Assembly: GCA_041686115.1 (NCBI GenBank)
Contig: JAWLEM010000001.1
Location: forward strand, 1 to 57,319
Length of the DNA: 57,319 nt
Source of the DNA: Bacteroidales bacterium
GTDB taxonomy: Bacteria > Bacteroidota > Bacteroidia > Bacteroidales > UBA12077
Direction of reading: 5' to 3'
A model generated the notes under the pieces. It was not told the DNA's origin and ran no database searches. It saw only the letters and a program-made list of their open reading frames with translations. Shown here in pieces: positions 28,001 through 37,773 of this stretch (the stretch's first letter is position 1; each line of letters opens with the position of its first letter). The position numbers and the translations under genes were made by a program.

Positions 28001-31000
28001 AACACCAATCATAATGGTAACCACATTACTCAAATTTGGATTTCCCCTAACCGATAATCTTTTCTTATCATCTTTATAGACACTATAGATAGAGTTATTT
28101 GTAATAGTTGTATTGGCTCTTCTCATTTCATCGTTCCTTGCTTGCTTAATCTGAACAAGCTCATCAAGAATAATTTCAACATTATTCTCTTCGGGCCAAA
28201 CGGTTAGTCGGTCGAGATCGCCATAATTTCCCGGTTTGGTTACTTTCAGCGGAATTTCATATTCGTAATAATTACTTTTATAGTCTGTACCTAATCGCAC
28301 AAAAATTCTTATATCATCATCTTCAAGTATTTCATCATCCAGGGCTTCAGCATGTACAAACATTTTTAATTTTTTGTATTCACGCACATCCATGTTAATA
28401 TTTTTGTAAGCACCTCTGGCGTCTCCATCATCAAGATCTCGTACTCTAAGCAACATCGATTGTTCATTTAACTGCCTTAGCTGCGGATTTGTAGGATCGA
28501 TGACCCTGTCAACACCGGGAGGCAGAACATAATTGTCATTTTCTTCAATATTAATTGATGATATATCCAGCGTTCCGTTTGATTGTTCTGGTGTAGCTAA
28601 TCCCTCCTGTCCTTCCATTAAGGATAGTGAATATTTTCGCCATTCGCCCCTCACAAGGTCAAGTTTTGCGAAACGAAGAATTACGCTATCTTCGAACTCT
28701 TTGAGCAACATTCGCATAAAACGAATAGATTTAAAATCCTGAATAGCACCTATGGTTTTTTCTGGTTCACGTATAGGAATTCTAAACTGGTACCAGGTAA
28801 TATCAACATCTTTTTCGCCATTAGGAAGATCAACATTGTGCCCTTTTTTCTTATCAACAATAAAGTTTTGCCCAATTTCCATTAACTCTGGCCGCAGCTC
28901 AACTTTATACTGAAAATAGCTTTCAGTTTCACTCAATGTTTTGTCTCCGTTAATATCTTCAGTATCCGGCCTTTTTGTAGCAATTTCGGAGGCTTCGCCG
29001 GTTGAGTTACCCTCCATCCCGTTATATTTTTTATACCTTTCAAGAATACTTAACTGCTGTGCATCATAATTGCCACCACGATAATAATGGTAATCATCGC
29101 CAGAGGGGTCGGTTATAAAGTCCTCATAAGCATTTGGATCTAATACAGATTCAAGATTATCCAGATACTGCTGGAAAAAACTTTGTTCGTCATCATTTTT
29201 TAAGCCGTCCAACCCAACATCCTGATTTTCTCTTCCAACATCAAAAGCTTCAACCGTAAAATCATTAGCTGACACTCTACCCCAAACGGTTGTATCAACA
29301 CTAGAAAGATCATCAGAATCTGGCAGTCCGTCTTCAAAACTTTTTCTTGAATCTCTAAGAATATCTTCCGATACATTACCAAGATTAAAATACAATGTAC
29401 CGCTATTTGTATTTGTGGAATCGTAAACAAAAGGATCCATCAGCCAGAATTCAATATACTCGACATTGGCAGCCTCGAAATCGGTTGTAGGCATTTCTCT
29501 CATTATTCCGCCCCATCTTTCTTCCGGATTTCTTAAGGTCCCGTCAGGATTTACGCCGGCAAAAGCCGGATCCGTTCCATCATCGTAATTATAAGGGCCT
29601 CTTTCATCGGGATAGTAAGCCACATTTAAAACCTGTAAAGCTGTAGGCACCGTAGTTTCTGATTCTTTATTCGGAAAAATTTCTTTTTCATAAATTTCAC
29701 GCACAAAATGATTGGATTGTTGCTCTGCATCACTTTTTATGTGTCCGGGAGTTAATGAGTTATTTCTTAAAAACAATGGGTCAATTTTATACCATGCAAT
29801 TTTAGCCCTGTTTTTTCCATAGGCTAAATCATTAGAAAAGTTTGCTTCAGGGAAAAGCCCGGGTTGTCCCTGCGGAGTACTTGAAATTACCCATGTATTA
29901 AAACTTTTCAAATCGAGTGACGTTTCACTTCCTTCAAAATCATCGATGTATGCATTCCCTTCTTTTTCAATCGCTTTTGAGTGCCCCGGTATTAAATGTG
30001 CAAACTCGGCATCAAACATTATAGACGATTTTTCTTTGGTTTCAAGAAAAGGCAACTTATCAACCAAGTTAGTTATCAATTGTGATTCTGTACGATAAGA
30101 TGTATTCAAACCCCAAATTGTATTAGAAATAGGCTCTTCACCAAATGCTACTTTTTGAGTAAGCGGGCGTTCAGTCAAATTCATTATAGTAGCACCCACA
30201 TTAAATTGATCTGAAAATTGATAATTTAAATGAGTTCCCAGCAAAGTTTTTGTTTGTATGCTATACAAAGCCTGACTTTCTAGAGAAATTTGCAAAGGAG
30301 CGCCAGATTCTAATAATCCCTCATTAATAATCTTTACGCGTCCTAAGTTGTAATCTACCGTATAATCGATATTTTCGGTTAATTTGCGGCCTCCGGCAGT
30401 AACAACTACTGAACCCTTGGGAATATTAAATGCATTTAATGCGATATCCGAACTTGAGGCCGACCGGTATTCTCCCCTTAATCTGAATTTATTTTTTTCG
30501 GCAACAAGACGTGCATAGGTAAGCGTAGTATCATATAGTTCCTGAAAAACATACTCGTCAGCAATTTTTTGGTCGGCATCAGTATCGCCAAATTGTTTTC
30601 TTAAGTATTCACCAAATGGTTGCAAAACAGGAAAAATTATTCGCCCGTTGGATGCATTAATAGTTATTCCGTTTATAAAGTCAAATCTACCATCGGGAAT
30701 AGCATCGTGTTGCGAATTTAAATTATCCAGATTTAATACTTTGAGCAGTATCTTTTTATTGATTTTCCCTTCCGGTATATAGTTAAGGGCGTTACCTGTT
30801 TTGTCGTCCTCATATAATATATTCAACACAAAATCTTCGCTATTAACCTGATAAGCTCCAATTGCATAGATATTTTTCATCATTAAATCCCATGTAGGCA
30901 AACCAGGAGTTTGATTAGTTCCCTTAATTAATTTTGCCACCAAAAACTGGTCAGTTGTAATTCCATCGGTAGAAAAATCACCCACCTGATATCTTTGCCC

Positions 31001-32422
31001 ACCAAGATCGTACTCATATACTACTGCCAAAACTTCATCAGCATTTAATGCTGAGTTCAACGAAATATATCCCAATTGTTCGTTAAGGTCGTATTCGTTT
31101 GGCCTTAATTTCCTGGCACTTCCAATCTTCTCATAATCCTGTCCGGACATATAATTATAGGCACTCCATGGTTCGAGTGCTTTATTAATCTCATTGAAAT
31201 TCCGGTTAGGTAACTGGGTTAAAATTTTATTGTAAATTTCATTCGTATTATTTGATGGATACATGTCTGCAAAAGAAGCAGGATTAATAACTTCCGGCTG
31301 AGCAAAAACATTATCATCTCTTTCACCCAAATCGAGTAAAGCAAGAACATTTCTATTTTCTTCGTTATTATTTACCTTATTGGTTACCCAAACCTCTACT
31401 TTTGTAATCGTGTATGGTGTTTTAATAACAGGTAATTCTTCCAGAGCCTTGTTGTAATTATCTTTAAAGTATTGCGATAAAAAAAAGTGCCTGTTGGCAT
31501 CATACTCGTCTGCTTTTATATCAAAATACTGGGTTTGAGCTCCCCCTTTTACCTCAATAACCTTGGTTTCTCCCTTTTGCTGTGAAAACACACTCGAAAC
31601 CGTTAACCGTCCAAACTGAAGTTCGGTTTTTATTCCAAACAAACTCTGGCTACCTGTAATTAATGATCCCGGTAAAGGTAATGTCACATTCCCTGCTTCA
31701 ATTCTTTTAATTATTTCGTCCTCTTTGCCAATATACTCCAGTTTGGTCTGATTTTCGAAATCAAAAGTTGCTTCGGTATTATAATTAATCCCCAATTTTA
31801 TTTTGTCGCCAATTGTACCTGTTACATTCATCATGATTTTTTCTTCGAAATCAAACGTTGTTGTTTTACGTAGATTTTCGGCTATGGTGGGATCTTCGGT
31901 ACTGTTAATATTGATACCAAAAATTAACTCTGCCGATCCCATAGGTACAATGTTTATGGCATTACTGCCAAAAATTTTATCAAATGCTTCTCCTCCCAGC
32001 CTAAGGTTTGGAAAAAGTCCTGTCTGATCATCCATTGCTCCACCTTTGGCTCTTTGCCGCCAATACTCTCTTAACGTTTGCTCAAATTGATAATTTTGAT
32101 ACTCCTCCAGGGTCATTCGCGATGAAGGACGATATTCAAACTCCCCAATCTTTTTTGATATGATATACTCATTGGTTTCCGGATCGTATGTAACGGTGTC
32201 TTTTATATTAGACGGGCTTTGTAATTGCAAAGGAGATTCCTTTTGAGCGGGTAAAAGAAAAGGTTCATCATTGTTTAGGGGAGAAAAAATGTCAGATGTA
32301 TCTTCTTGTTGATAAAAATCTGAACTGGCAGAAACTAAAATATGACCCTGAGCATGTTTTGCCCAAGGCACAATGAAAATAAGAATCAGCACCGAATATT
32401 TAAATAATTTTTTCAACAGCAA
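25052..32422 (-). CDS. sprA: Type IX secretion system translocon / gliding protein SprA
   Basis: 2,456 aa. The conserved SprA N-terminal region includes GSAELIFGIN, KIMMNVTGTIGDKIKLGINYNTEATFDFENQTKLEY, IEAGNVTLPLPGSLITGSQSLFGIKTELQFGRLTVSSVFSQQKGE. The size is comparable to Flavobacterium SprA. The start is non-ATG (TTG). Confidence 0.9.
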   Translation of the reverse strand: MLLKKLFKYSVLILIFIVPWAKHAQGHILVSASSDFYQQEDTSDIFSPLNNDEPFLLPAQKESPLQLQSPSNIKDTVTYDPETNEYIISKKIGEFEYRPSSRMTLEEYQNYQFEQTLREYWRQRAKGGAMDDQTGLFPNLRLGGEAFDKIFGSNAINIVPMGSAELIFGININSTEDPTIAENLRKTTTFDFEEKIMMNVTGTIGDKIKLGINYNTEATFDFENQTKLEYIGKEDEIIKRIEAGNVTLPLPGSLITGSQSLFGIKTELQFGRLTVSSVFSQQKGETKVIEVKGGAQTQYFDIKADEYDANRHFFLSQYFKDNYNKALEELPVIKTPYTITKVEVWVTNKVNNNEENRNVLALLDLGERDDNVFAQPEVINPASFADMYPSNNTNEIYNKILTQLPNRNFNEINKALEPWSAYNYMSGQDYEKIGSARKLRPNEYDLNEQLGYISLNSALNADEVLAVVYEYDLGGQRYQVGDFSTDGITTDQFLVAKLIKGTNQTPGLPTWDLMMKNIYAIGAYQVNSEDFVLNILYEDDKTGNALNYIPEGKINKKILLKVLNLDNLNSQHDAIPDGRFDFINGITINASNGRIIFPVLQPFGEYLRKQFGDTDADQKIADEYVFQELYDTTLTYARLVAEKNKFRLRGEYRSASSSDIALNAFNIPKGSVVVTAGGRKLTENIDYTVDYNLGRVKIINEGLLESGAPLQISLESQALYSIQTKTLLGTHLNYQFSDQFNVGATIMNLTERPLTQKVAFGEEPISNTIWGLNTSYRTESQLITNLVDKLPFLETKEKSSIMFDAEFAHLIPGHSKAIEKEGNAYIDDFEGSETSLDLKSFNTWVISSTPQGQPGLFPEANFSNDLAYGKNRAKIAWYKIDPLFLRNNSLTPGHIKSDAEQQSNHFVREIYEKEIFPNKESETTVPTALQVLNVAYYPDERGPYNYDDGTDPAFAGVNPDGTLRNPEERWGGIMREMPTTDFEAANVEYIEFWLMDPFVYDSTNTNSGTLYFNLGNVSEDILRDSRKSFEDGLPDSDDLSSVDTTVWGRVSANDFTVEAFDVGRENQDVGLDGLKNDDEQSFFQQYLDNLESVLDPNAYEDFITDPSGDDYHYYRGGNYDAQQLSILERYKKYNGMEGNSTGEASEIATKRPDTEDINGDKTLSETESYFQYKVELRPELMEIGQNFIVDKKKGHNVDLPNGEKDVDITWYQFRIPIREPEKTIGAIQDFKSIRFMRMLLKEFEDSVILRFAKLDLVRGEWRKYSLSLMEGQEGLATPEQSNGTLDISSINIEENDNYVLPPGVDRVIDPTNPQLRQLNEQSMLLRVRDLDDGDARGAYKNINMDVREYKKLKMFVHAEALDDEILEDDDIRIFVRLGTDYKSNYYEYEIPLKVTKPGNYGDLDRLTVWPEENNVEIILDELVQIKQARNDEMRRANTTITNNSIYSVYKDDKKRLSVRGNPNLSNVVTIMIGVRNPSKQNNIISNDDGMPKSGEIWVNELRLTDFKEEGGWAARGRVSARLADLGMINVSGSISTPGFGSIEKKVNERSKEEVIEYDVSTNLDLGKFFSDESQVSIPMYAGYSESFINPEYNPLDPDIPLDEAINNADSKAEKDSIKNIAQDYTQRKSLNFTNVKINKRGEKPKLYDPANFSLSYSYSEVFARDINTEYDLLKNYRGAFTYIYNTRPKIVTPFRKSKGILNWKALALIKDFNFYYLPTSFSFRTDMYRKYQTNKIRNIFNPDNIIEPTYDKEFNWNRYYDLKWDITRSLKIDFSATNIARIDEPFGEVNREYRDTYEHWKDSVWNNIMNFGRNTQYHHNINVTYRVPINKIPLLDWTSVNARYNATYNWDAGPLLRKDSEYNLGNNIRNSSTIQLNGQANMVNLYNKVGFLKKINQKYGRGRSSRKEIEYEDVNYQDDDVWFREGRSRSIYHDLMTEDITKVAVTDSEGNEIKGEWDVVSKRRIRFSSEKDIDHATIVVEGRIEKKENPLIFIAENTALLLMSVKNISVSYTITEGSSMPGYKPSTNLLGMESYNNVTAPGWPYVFGWQDEDFAIKAIENGWYTEDTTLNKPYLMTHNENLNVRVTLEPLRGLKIDLTANRSYSENNNRYYLPGIYGNEPYSQQITGNFSMTYLTIGSAFEDLSSSDNYYSQSYENFKLYRTTISDRLANERQNDPLYSPVEKPDEPGYMDGFGSASQQVMTPAFLAAYGFYDENSIPLNLFHQIPLPNWSVRYDGLKDIPFIKKYFKSINLSHTYRSSYNVGSFINNSEYEEMDGYSYVIDQLNNFIPQYQVNSISINEQFSPLVNIDMTWNNNLTTRFEMKKARTVTLSFTNNQITEVLSEELGISLGYRFDDFNLIFDFGNQQENFKSDLNIRANFKIRDNKTILRKIVEDDELPSAGQKATIIGVSADYMLSNRLTLRLFYDQNISDPLIGNAYRTSNTDIGFSLRFTLTE

Positions 32423-32446
32423 GATTTAACTAAACTATAAATCATA

Positions 32447-33028
32447 TTAAATTCTTTTCAGAGATTCTTTAACTAAATCTTCAACTGTAAGATCCTTTTT
32501 CTCTTTAAGAATATCATTGATTAATTTATCCACTCTATTTTTAGGGAAACCCAACATAACTAATGCAGATAACGCTTCGTCTTGAATAGTATTGTTTAAA
32601 GTAGCAACTAATTGCTGGTCGCCTGTTGCTTTACCAACCTTATCTCTTAAATCAACAATTATTCGTTGGGCCGATTTTGCTCCTATACCTTTAATGCTTT
32701 TTAACAAATCAACATTGCCCTGTACAATTGCATCGCGAATCTCATCTGGGTGAAGCGATGATAACATCATTCTTGCTGTATTAGCCCCAACACCCGAAAC
32801 GGAAATTAAGTGCAAAAACATTTCCCGTTCAGGTTTATCAAAAAAGCCATACAAAAGATGAGCATCTTCGCGAATTGCTTCGTAAATATAAAGCTTACAC
32901 TCTTCTTTTCCGGATATTTTAGAATATGTATTTACTGATATATGAATAAAATATCCTATTCCTGAATTTTCCAATACAATATAGGTGGGGAAAATCTCTT
33001 TTATTTCTCCTGTTATAAATTCGTACAT
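32447..33028 (-). CDS. ruvA: Holliday junction branch migration complex subunit RuvA
   Basis: 193 aa with helix-hairpin-helix motifs ISVSGVGANTARMMLS and IKGIGAKSAQRII. Confidence 0.92.
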   Translation of the reverse strand: MYEFITGEIKEIFPTYIVLENSGIGYFIHISVNTYSKISGKEECKLYIYEAIREDAHLLYGFFDKPEREMFLHLISVSGVGANTARMMLSSLHPDEIRDAIVQGNVDLLKSIKGIGAKSAQRIIVDLRDKVGKATGDQQLVATLNNTIQDEALSALVMLGFPKNRVDKLINDILKEKKDLTVEDLVKESLKRI

Positions 33029-33153
33029 AGCTTTTTTTAAATAAACGTTAAAAATACATAAAAATTGAGTTCATAAAAATTCCTTTAAAAATTATTTTAA
33101 CCAAACGATCAGAATGATAACATTAAATTATTTTCTTTTTAATATTAAAAACG

Positions 33154-33161
33154 TATTTTTG
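33154..33161 (+). promoter_or_regulatory. Candidate -7 promoter box (TAnnTTTG) for the protease gene
   Basis: TATTTTTG lies 30 nt upstream of the ATG at 33191. Confidence 0.35.
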
Positions 33162-33190
33162 GTTAATTACACTTCGTCAATTAAACTATA

Positions 33191-36007
33191 ATGAAGCTTA
33201 CAATAAGTCTATTTATAAGTATTCTGTTTATTCATCAGTTTTCATTTTCCCAAATAAGTCAAAAGGGAACTCCACGATATTTCTCCAGCAGCAAGAACAA
33301 TGTCCCAACGGTTATTTTGCCTGGTTTTAATTTAGAACAAATCATCCAGGAGGATGAGTCTCATCAAAAAACCGGATTAAAATCAATGCGTTATGCAAAA
33401 ATGATTGATATAGACATCTCATCTGCAAATGATGGGGTTTGGACCAATTACCCAAACGGAGATAAAATATGGCAAATAAGAATTCAATCGCCGGGGGCTT
33501 ATTCGTTAAGTGTTCTATTTGATTATTACAGAGTGCCCAAAGGCGCTGATGTTTTTATTTATAATCAGCAAAGCAAGCATATCCTTGGAGCATTTACTTA
33601 TTTAAACAACAAGAGAAATCATATTTTACCTGTTGCTCCGGTTCAAGGAGATGAAATCATTATAGAATATTTTGAGCCTAATGATGTGAATTTCTCAGGA
33701 GAATTACACATATCAAGTATTGGCCATGATTATAAAAACATTTTCGATTTATTATCAAACAATGAAAAAAGTTTTGGATCATCAGGAAGTTGCAATGTTA
33801 ATGTTAATTGTCCGGAAGGAGACAACTGGCAAATCGCAAAAAAATCGGTAGGTAAAATTATAGCTAATGGTCTGCTTTGCTCGGGTGCGTTAATTAATAA
33901 CACAAAAAACGATGGAAAACCTTATTTTTTAACTGCCAATCATTGCATTGATAATTCGACTGATGCTGAAAACGCTATTTTCTATTTTAATTATGAGAGT
34001 CCGGATTGTGAAGATGTTAATGGAAATATGGACCAAACTATTGGAGGATCAGAAATTATTGCTGCTGCCCCCAGTAAAACTTTAGATTTCACATTGTTGG
34101 AACTTTCTGAGTTGCCTCCTCCCTCATATTCGCCATATTATGCTGGTTGGAACAGAAATTTTTCAGACCCCACTCAAGCAACATCAATTCACCATCCTGG
34201 TGGAGATATCAAAAAAATAACTATTTCAAACGATGGAGCTACAACTGGAAATTTTGGTGGCGAATATACACCTAACACACATTGGTGGATTGATACATGG
34301 GATATTGGAACAACAGAAGGAGGATCTTCCGGTAGTCCTATTTTTGATCAGAACCAAAGAATTATTGGAGATCTAACAGGCGGAGATGCCAGTTGCAGTT
34401 TTAATTATAATGACTACTATCAACAATTTCATCATGCATGGCAAGATTATTCAGCGCCTGAACAACAGTTAAGGGCATGGCTTGATCCGGATAGCACAGG
34501 AATATTATTTCTTGACGGATATCTTCCTTACGATTCAATACCATCTAACCTAAAAGTATGGGCAGAGGATACTCTAATTTATTTAAAATGGAACGAAGTA
34601 ATTAATAATGACAGCATTGACAAGTACTACATTTACAGAAATAACGAAAAAATTGATTCGACTCAGGATTCCAATTATACCGATACTACAACTACGATTA
34701 ACTCGGTTTACAAATACCAGGTAACCGCACTGTTTAATAAATTTCCGGTACTTGAGTCATTACCATCAAATGCTGCATATATTAGAAGAATGGATTCGGT
34801 CAACGCGCCATTCTATGAAACATTTGAAAATCCATTGCAGGTTTTTAATCACTGGTTCGAAATAAGATCGACAGACTCCATAGGGTGGATCATAAAAACA
34901 GGAGGACAATCGGGTTTTCTGGATACAGCTTTCGAAGGAAGTTATAATGCACACTTTTATAATGATAATATGGAAACTTCTAAATTAGTTTCTCCAAAAT
35001 TGAATTTATCATCCGGAGAAAATTTTCTGCTTAGTTTTTATATTCATATGCCAGCTTTTAATAATGATGTGCATCAATTAAATGTCTTATATAAAAAGGC
35101 CGATTCATTAGATTGGAAGCTAATCAGAAGTTTTCATGATGATATCAGTAGCTGGGAAAAGAAGAATATTCCATTGCCGGAATTGACAGACAATTATTAC
35201 ATTGCATTTGAGGCGGTAGGACTTAGAGGGCCTGGCGTGAGCATTGACAGTATAAGTATAATAGAAGATACAAAGTTTATAGAACCACAAATATTTATTG
35301 ATTCTGATTCCATTTGCTTATATGATAGTGTTCGGGTAGTATCAAATTTGGACTCATCCTACAATTTGTTTTGGGATTTTGGAACTGATGCAATACCCCA
35401 AAACACAACCGGATCCGGACCACATTGGGTAAAATATCGTTCGTTCGGGATTAAACAAATTTCATTATATGCCAATGACACCTATTTTAAAACCACACAT
35501 GATGGTGTATCCGTTTTTGACATTCCGGAGAAACCCACATTTACAATAGAAGGTAATAAGTTAACATCCAGTTCTAATATTAATAATCAATGGTACCTTA
35601 ATAATGAACCCATTGAAGGCGCTACCGGAAAGTCTTATATCGTGGAAGAAAACGGAGATTATTTTGTTGGCGTTACAAATTATGCAGGATGTACTCAATT
35701 TTCCGAAAGTAAATTTATTGTTATTAGCGATATTAAACCAACAATTAAAGAAGAAGAACCACATATAAATATCTATCCAAATCCCAGCAACGGGGAATTT
35801 ACAATAGAAATTAATTCTCCTGAAAAGAACAGTAATTACTTTTTCAAAATAATTGATATTACCGGATTGGTAAAAGAAGAAGGAAAAATTTCTTCAGAAA
35901 ATAATACGCTGCAAATTACGATGAATAATATTAATGATGGGATTTATTTTCTAAACATTTATTCGGGGCAACAAAGTAATACGTATAAAATCCTTATAAA
36001 AAAATAG
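33191..36007 (+). CDS. T9SS-secreted multidomain trypsin-like (S1, lysyl-endopeptidase-like) serine protease
   Basis: Signal peptide. The catalytic His context is LTANHC and the Ser context is TEGGSSGSPIFD. An FN3-like segment, a MAM / choice-of-anchor-like segment and a PKD motif (FWDFGTD) follow. The C-terminal T9SS sorting domain reads INIYPNPSNGEFTIEI...GIYFLNIY...YKILIKK. Confidence 0.85.
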   Translation: MKLTISLFISILFIHQFSFSQISQKGTPRYFSSSKNNVPTVILPGFNLEQIIQEDESHQKTGLKSMRYAKMIDIDISSANDGVWTNYPNGDKIWQIRIQSPGAYSLSVLFDYYRVPKGADVFIYNQQSKHILGAFTYLNNKRNHILPVAPVQGDEIIIEYFEPNDVNFSGELHISSIGHDYKNIFDLLSNNEKSFGSSGSCNVNVNCPEGDNWQIAKKSVGKIIANGLLCSGALINNTKNDGKPYFLTANHCIDNSTDAENAIFYFNYESPDCEDVNGNMDQTIGGSEIIAAAPSKTLDFTLLELSELPPPSYSPYYAGWNRNFSDPTQATSIHHPGGDIKKITISNDGATTGNFGGEYTPNTHWWIDTWDIGTTEGGSSGSPIFDQNQRIIGDLTGGDASCSFNYNDYYQQFHHAWQDYSAPEQQLRAWLDPDSTGILFLDGYLPYDSIPSNLKVWAEDTLIYLKWNEVINNDSIDKYYIYRNNEKIDSTQDSNYTDTTTTINSVYKYQVTALFNKFPVLESLPSNAAYIRRMDSVNAPFYETFENPLQVFNHWFEIRSTDSIGWIIKTGGQSGFLDTAFEGSYNAHFYNDNMETSKLVSPKLNLSSGENFLLSFYIHMPAFNNDVHQLNVLYKKADSLDWKLIRSFHDDISSWEKKNIPLPELTDNYYIAFEAVGLRGPGVSIDSISIIEDTKFIEPQIFIDSDSICLYDSVRVVSNLDSSYNLFWDFGTDAIPQNTTGSGPHWVKYRSFGIKQISLYANDTYFKTTHDGVSVFDIPEKPTFTIEGNKLTSSSNINNQWYLNNEPIEGATGKSYIVEENGDYFVGVTNYAGCTQFSESKFIVISDIKPTIKEEEPHINIYPNPSNGEFTIEINSPEKNSNYFFKIIDITGLVKEEGKISSENNTLQITMNNINDGIYFLNIYSGQQSNTYKILIKK

Positions 36008-36066
36008 AGCTGCCAAATCAGCAACTCTATTAATTCTTCAATTATTGCAATTAGTATCTGTTATAT

Positions 36067-37521
36067 TTATTTTACCTGATCCACTGCAAATTTTAGCGCA
36101 TCTTCAAGCATGCTAATATCTGGTTGCTGTATTAAATTATTTTGCATCATCATATCTATAGTATCACGTGTATGCTTGATGTCTTCCATTGTTTTCTTAA
36201 ATACTTCATCCCGGGTCATTTCAACACGGGCCACTCCATTTTTAATTGCTTCCATGGCTACATCTGCTGCTTCATGAGCAAACATTTCTGTTTCGTCCAT
36301 TTTAGGCATAATATAGTCAGGATTAATTCCATTTTTTTCGGCATAATTGGCCATTGAATATGCAGCTTTAACAGCCATTTCATCAGTAATTTTACGGGCA
36401 CGAACCAAAAGAGCACCTTTTAAAATACCGGGGAATCCCAATGAGTTGTTTACCTGGTTTGGAAAATCACCACGTCCGGTTGCTACAATATAAGCTCCTG
36501 CTTCTTTTGCCGAATAAGGATATATTTCGGGAACAGGATTTGCACATGCAAAAACAATAGGTTTTGTGCCCATTCCTTTAATCCATTCCGGTTTAATTAC
36601 ATCTGGCCCCGGTTTGCTTAATGCAATTAAAACATCAGCACCTTTGAGGGCCTCTTCAGGATCATTAATTTTTGCAGGGTTTGTTTTCTGACAAAGTTCC
36701 CATTTGCGATAAAATCTTGTATCCTTTTCAATATCACTTCTATCTTTATGCAATCCTCCTTTAGAGTCAAATAATATCATCTTTTCAGGATCAGCACCTG
36801 CCTGTAATATCAATCTTGCAATTGTAGCATTAGAGGCTCCAGCACCATATAAAACAATATTAATATCCTTCAACTCTTTATCAACAATGCGTAAAGCATT
36901 AATTAATCCTGCAACAGTCACCGATCCGGTACCCTGAGCATCATCATGCCAAACCGGGATATCGCATTCTTCGCGCAATGTGTCTAACACCTTATAACAA
37001 TTTGGTTGAGAAATATCCTCAAGGTTAACTGCTCCAAAACTTGGTTGTAACATTTTAACAAAATCAATGATCTTATCCGGATCGTGTTCACCTTTCTTAT
37101 TATAGCTATCAACACACAGTGCAACTGCATCAACACCTGCTAAATATTTCATCAAATAAGCCTTCCCTTCCATAACACCTAATCCTCCGGGAGGGGTACA
37201 ATCCCCATCACCTAATACCCGGGTAGAGTCAGACACTACAGCTACCATATTCCCCCTGTTCGACAGGTCAAACGAAGTATTATTATCATCGCGAATAGTT
37301 GTAGAAATTTTCGATACGCCGGGAGTATAGTAAACATTAAACCAGTTAAATCCATAAACACCGGCTTTGGGAAGTGTTTGGATTTTACCTCCATAAAACT
37401 TATGACTTAAAAGTGCCAGTTGTTTTAAAAATAGTGTTTTTGCTTTAGCAATTTGTTCCTGGGAAAAATCCGATGGAAAAAGTTCTTCAAGATTTTTTAG
37501 GGACAGATCAATTTTTGACAT
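36067..37521 (-). CDS. NAD(P)-dependent malic enzyme (short form)
   Basis: Motifs VVSDSTRVLGDGD and VWHDDAQGTGSV, with the Rossmann motif LYGAGASN. 484 aa and no phosphotransacetylase domain. Confidence 0.88.
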   Translation of the reverse strand: MSKIDLSLKNLEELFPSDFSQEQIAKAKTLFLKQLALLSHKFYGGKIQTLPKAGVYGFNWFNVYYTPGVSKISTTIRDDNNTSFDLSNRGNMVAVVSDSTRVLGDGDCTPPGGLGVMEGKAYLMKYLAGVDAVALCVDSYNKKGEHDPDKIIDFVKMLQPSFGAVNLEDISQPNCYKVLDTLREECDIPVWHDDAQGTGSVTVAGLINALRIVDKELKDINIVLYGAGASNATIARLILQAGADPEKMILFDSKGGLHKDRSDIEKDTRFYRKWELCQKTNPAKINDPEEALKGADVLIALSKPGPDVIKPEWIKGMGTKPIVFACANPVPEIYPYSAKEAGAYIVATGRGDFPNQVNNSLGFPGILKGALLVRARKITDEMAVKAAYSMANYAEKNGINPDYIMPKMDETEMFAHEAADVAMEAIKNGVARVEMTRDEVFKKTMEDIKHTRDTIDMMMQNNLIQQPDISMLEDALKFAVDQVK

Positions 37522-37646
37522 GAGTACCTCCTTATTTAGTTTATAATTTATGACATAATCAGAAGCTCCTGCTTATCCATAAAAAACATCTAGCTGTTTT
37601 AAAGCAATTTATTTATGAATAATTTAGATGAAAAAAGGTATTGAAA

Positions 37647-37654
37647 CAAATTTA
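37647..37654 (-). promoter_or_regulatory. Candidate -7 promoter box (TAAATTTG on the minus strand) for the malic enzyme gene
   Basis: The plus strand reads CAAATTTA, about 125 nt upstream of the start at 37521 and downstream of the pdxA terminator. Confidence 0.3.
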
Positions 37655-37722
37655 AGAAATAATTTGCCTTATTAACAGAGGTACAATGGACAATATGACT
37701 GGATTTTTATGTTATAAAACAC

Positions 37723-37752
37723 TAAAAAAGGGTTGATTTACTTTCAACCCTT
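37723..37752 (-). terminator. Rho-independent terminator after pdxA
   Basis: On the minus strand: AAGGGTTGA-AAGTAAA-TCAACCCTT, followed by TTTTAG. The 9-bp perfect stem begins 22 nt after the pdxA stop. Confidence 0.75.
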
Positions 37753-37773
37753 AAATCTATATTTGAAAACACA

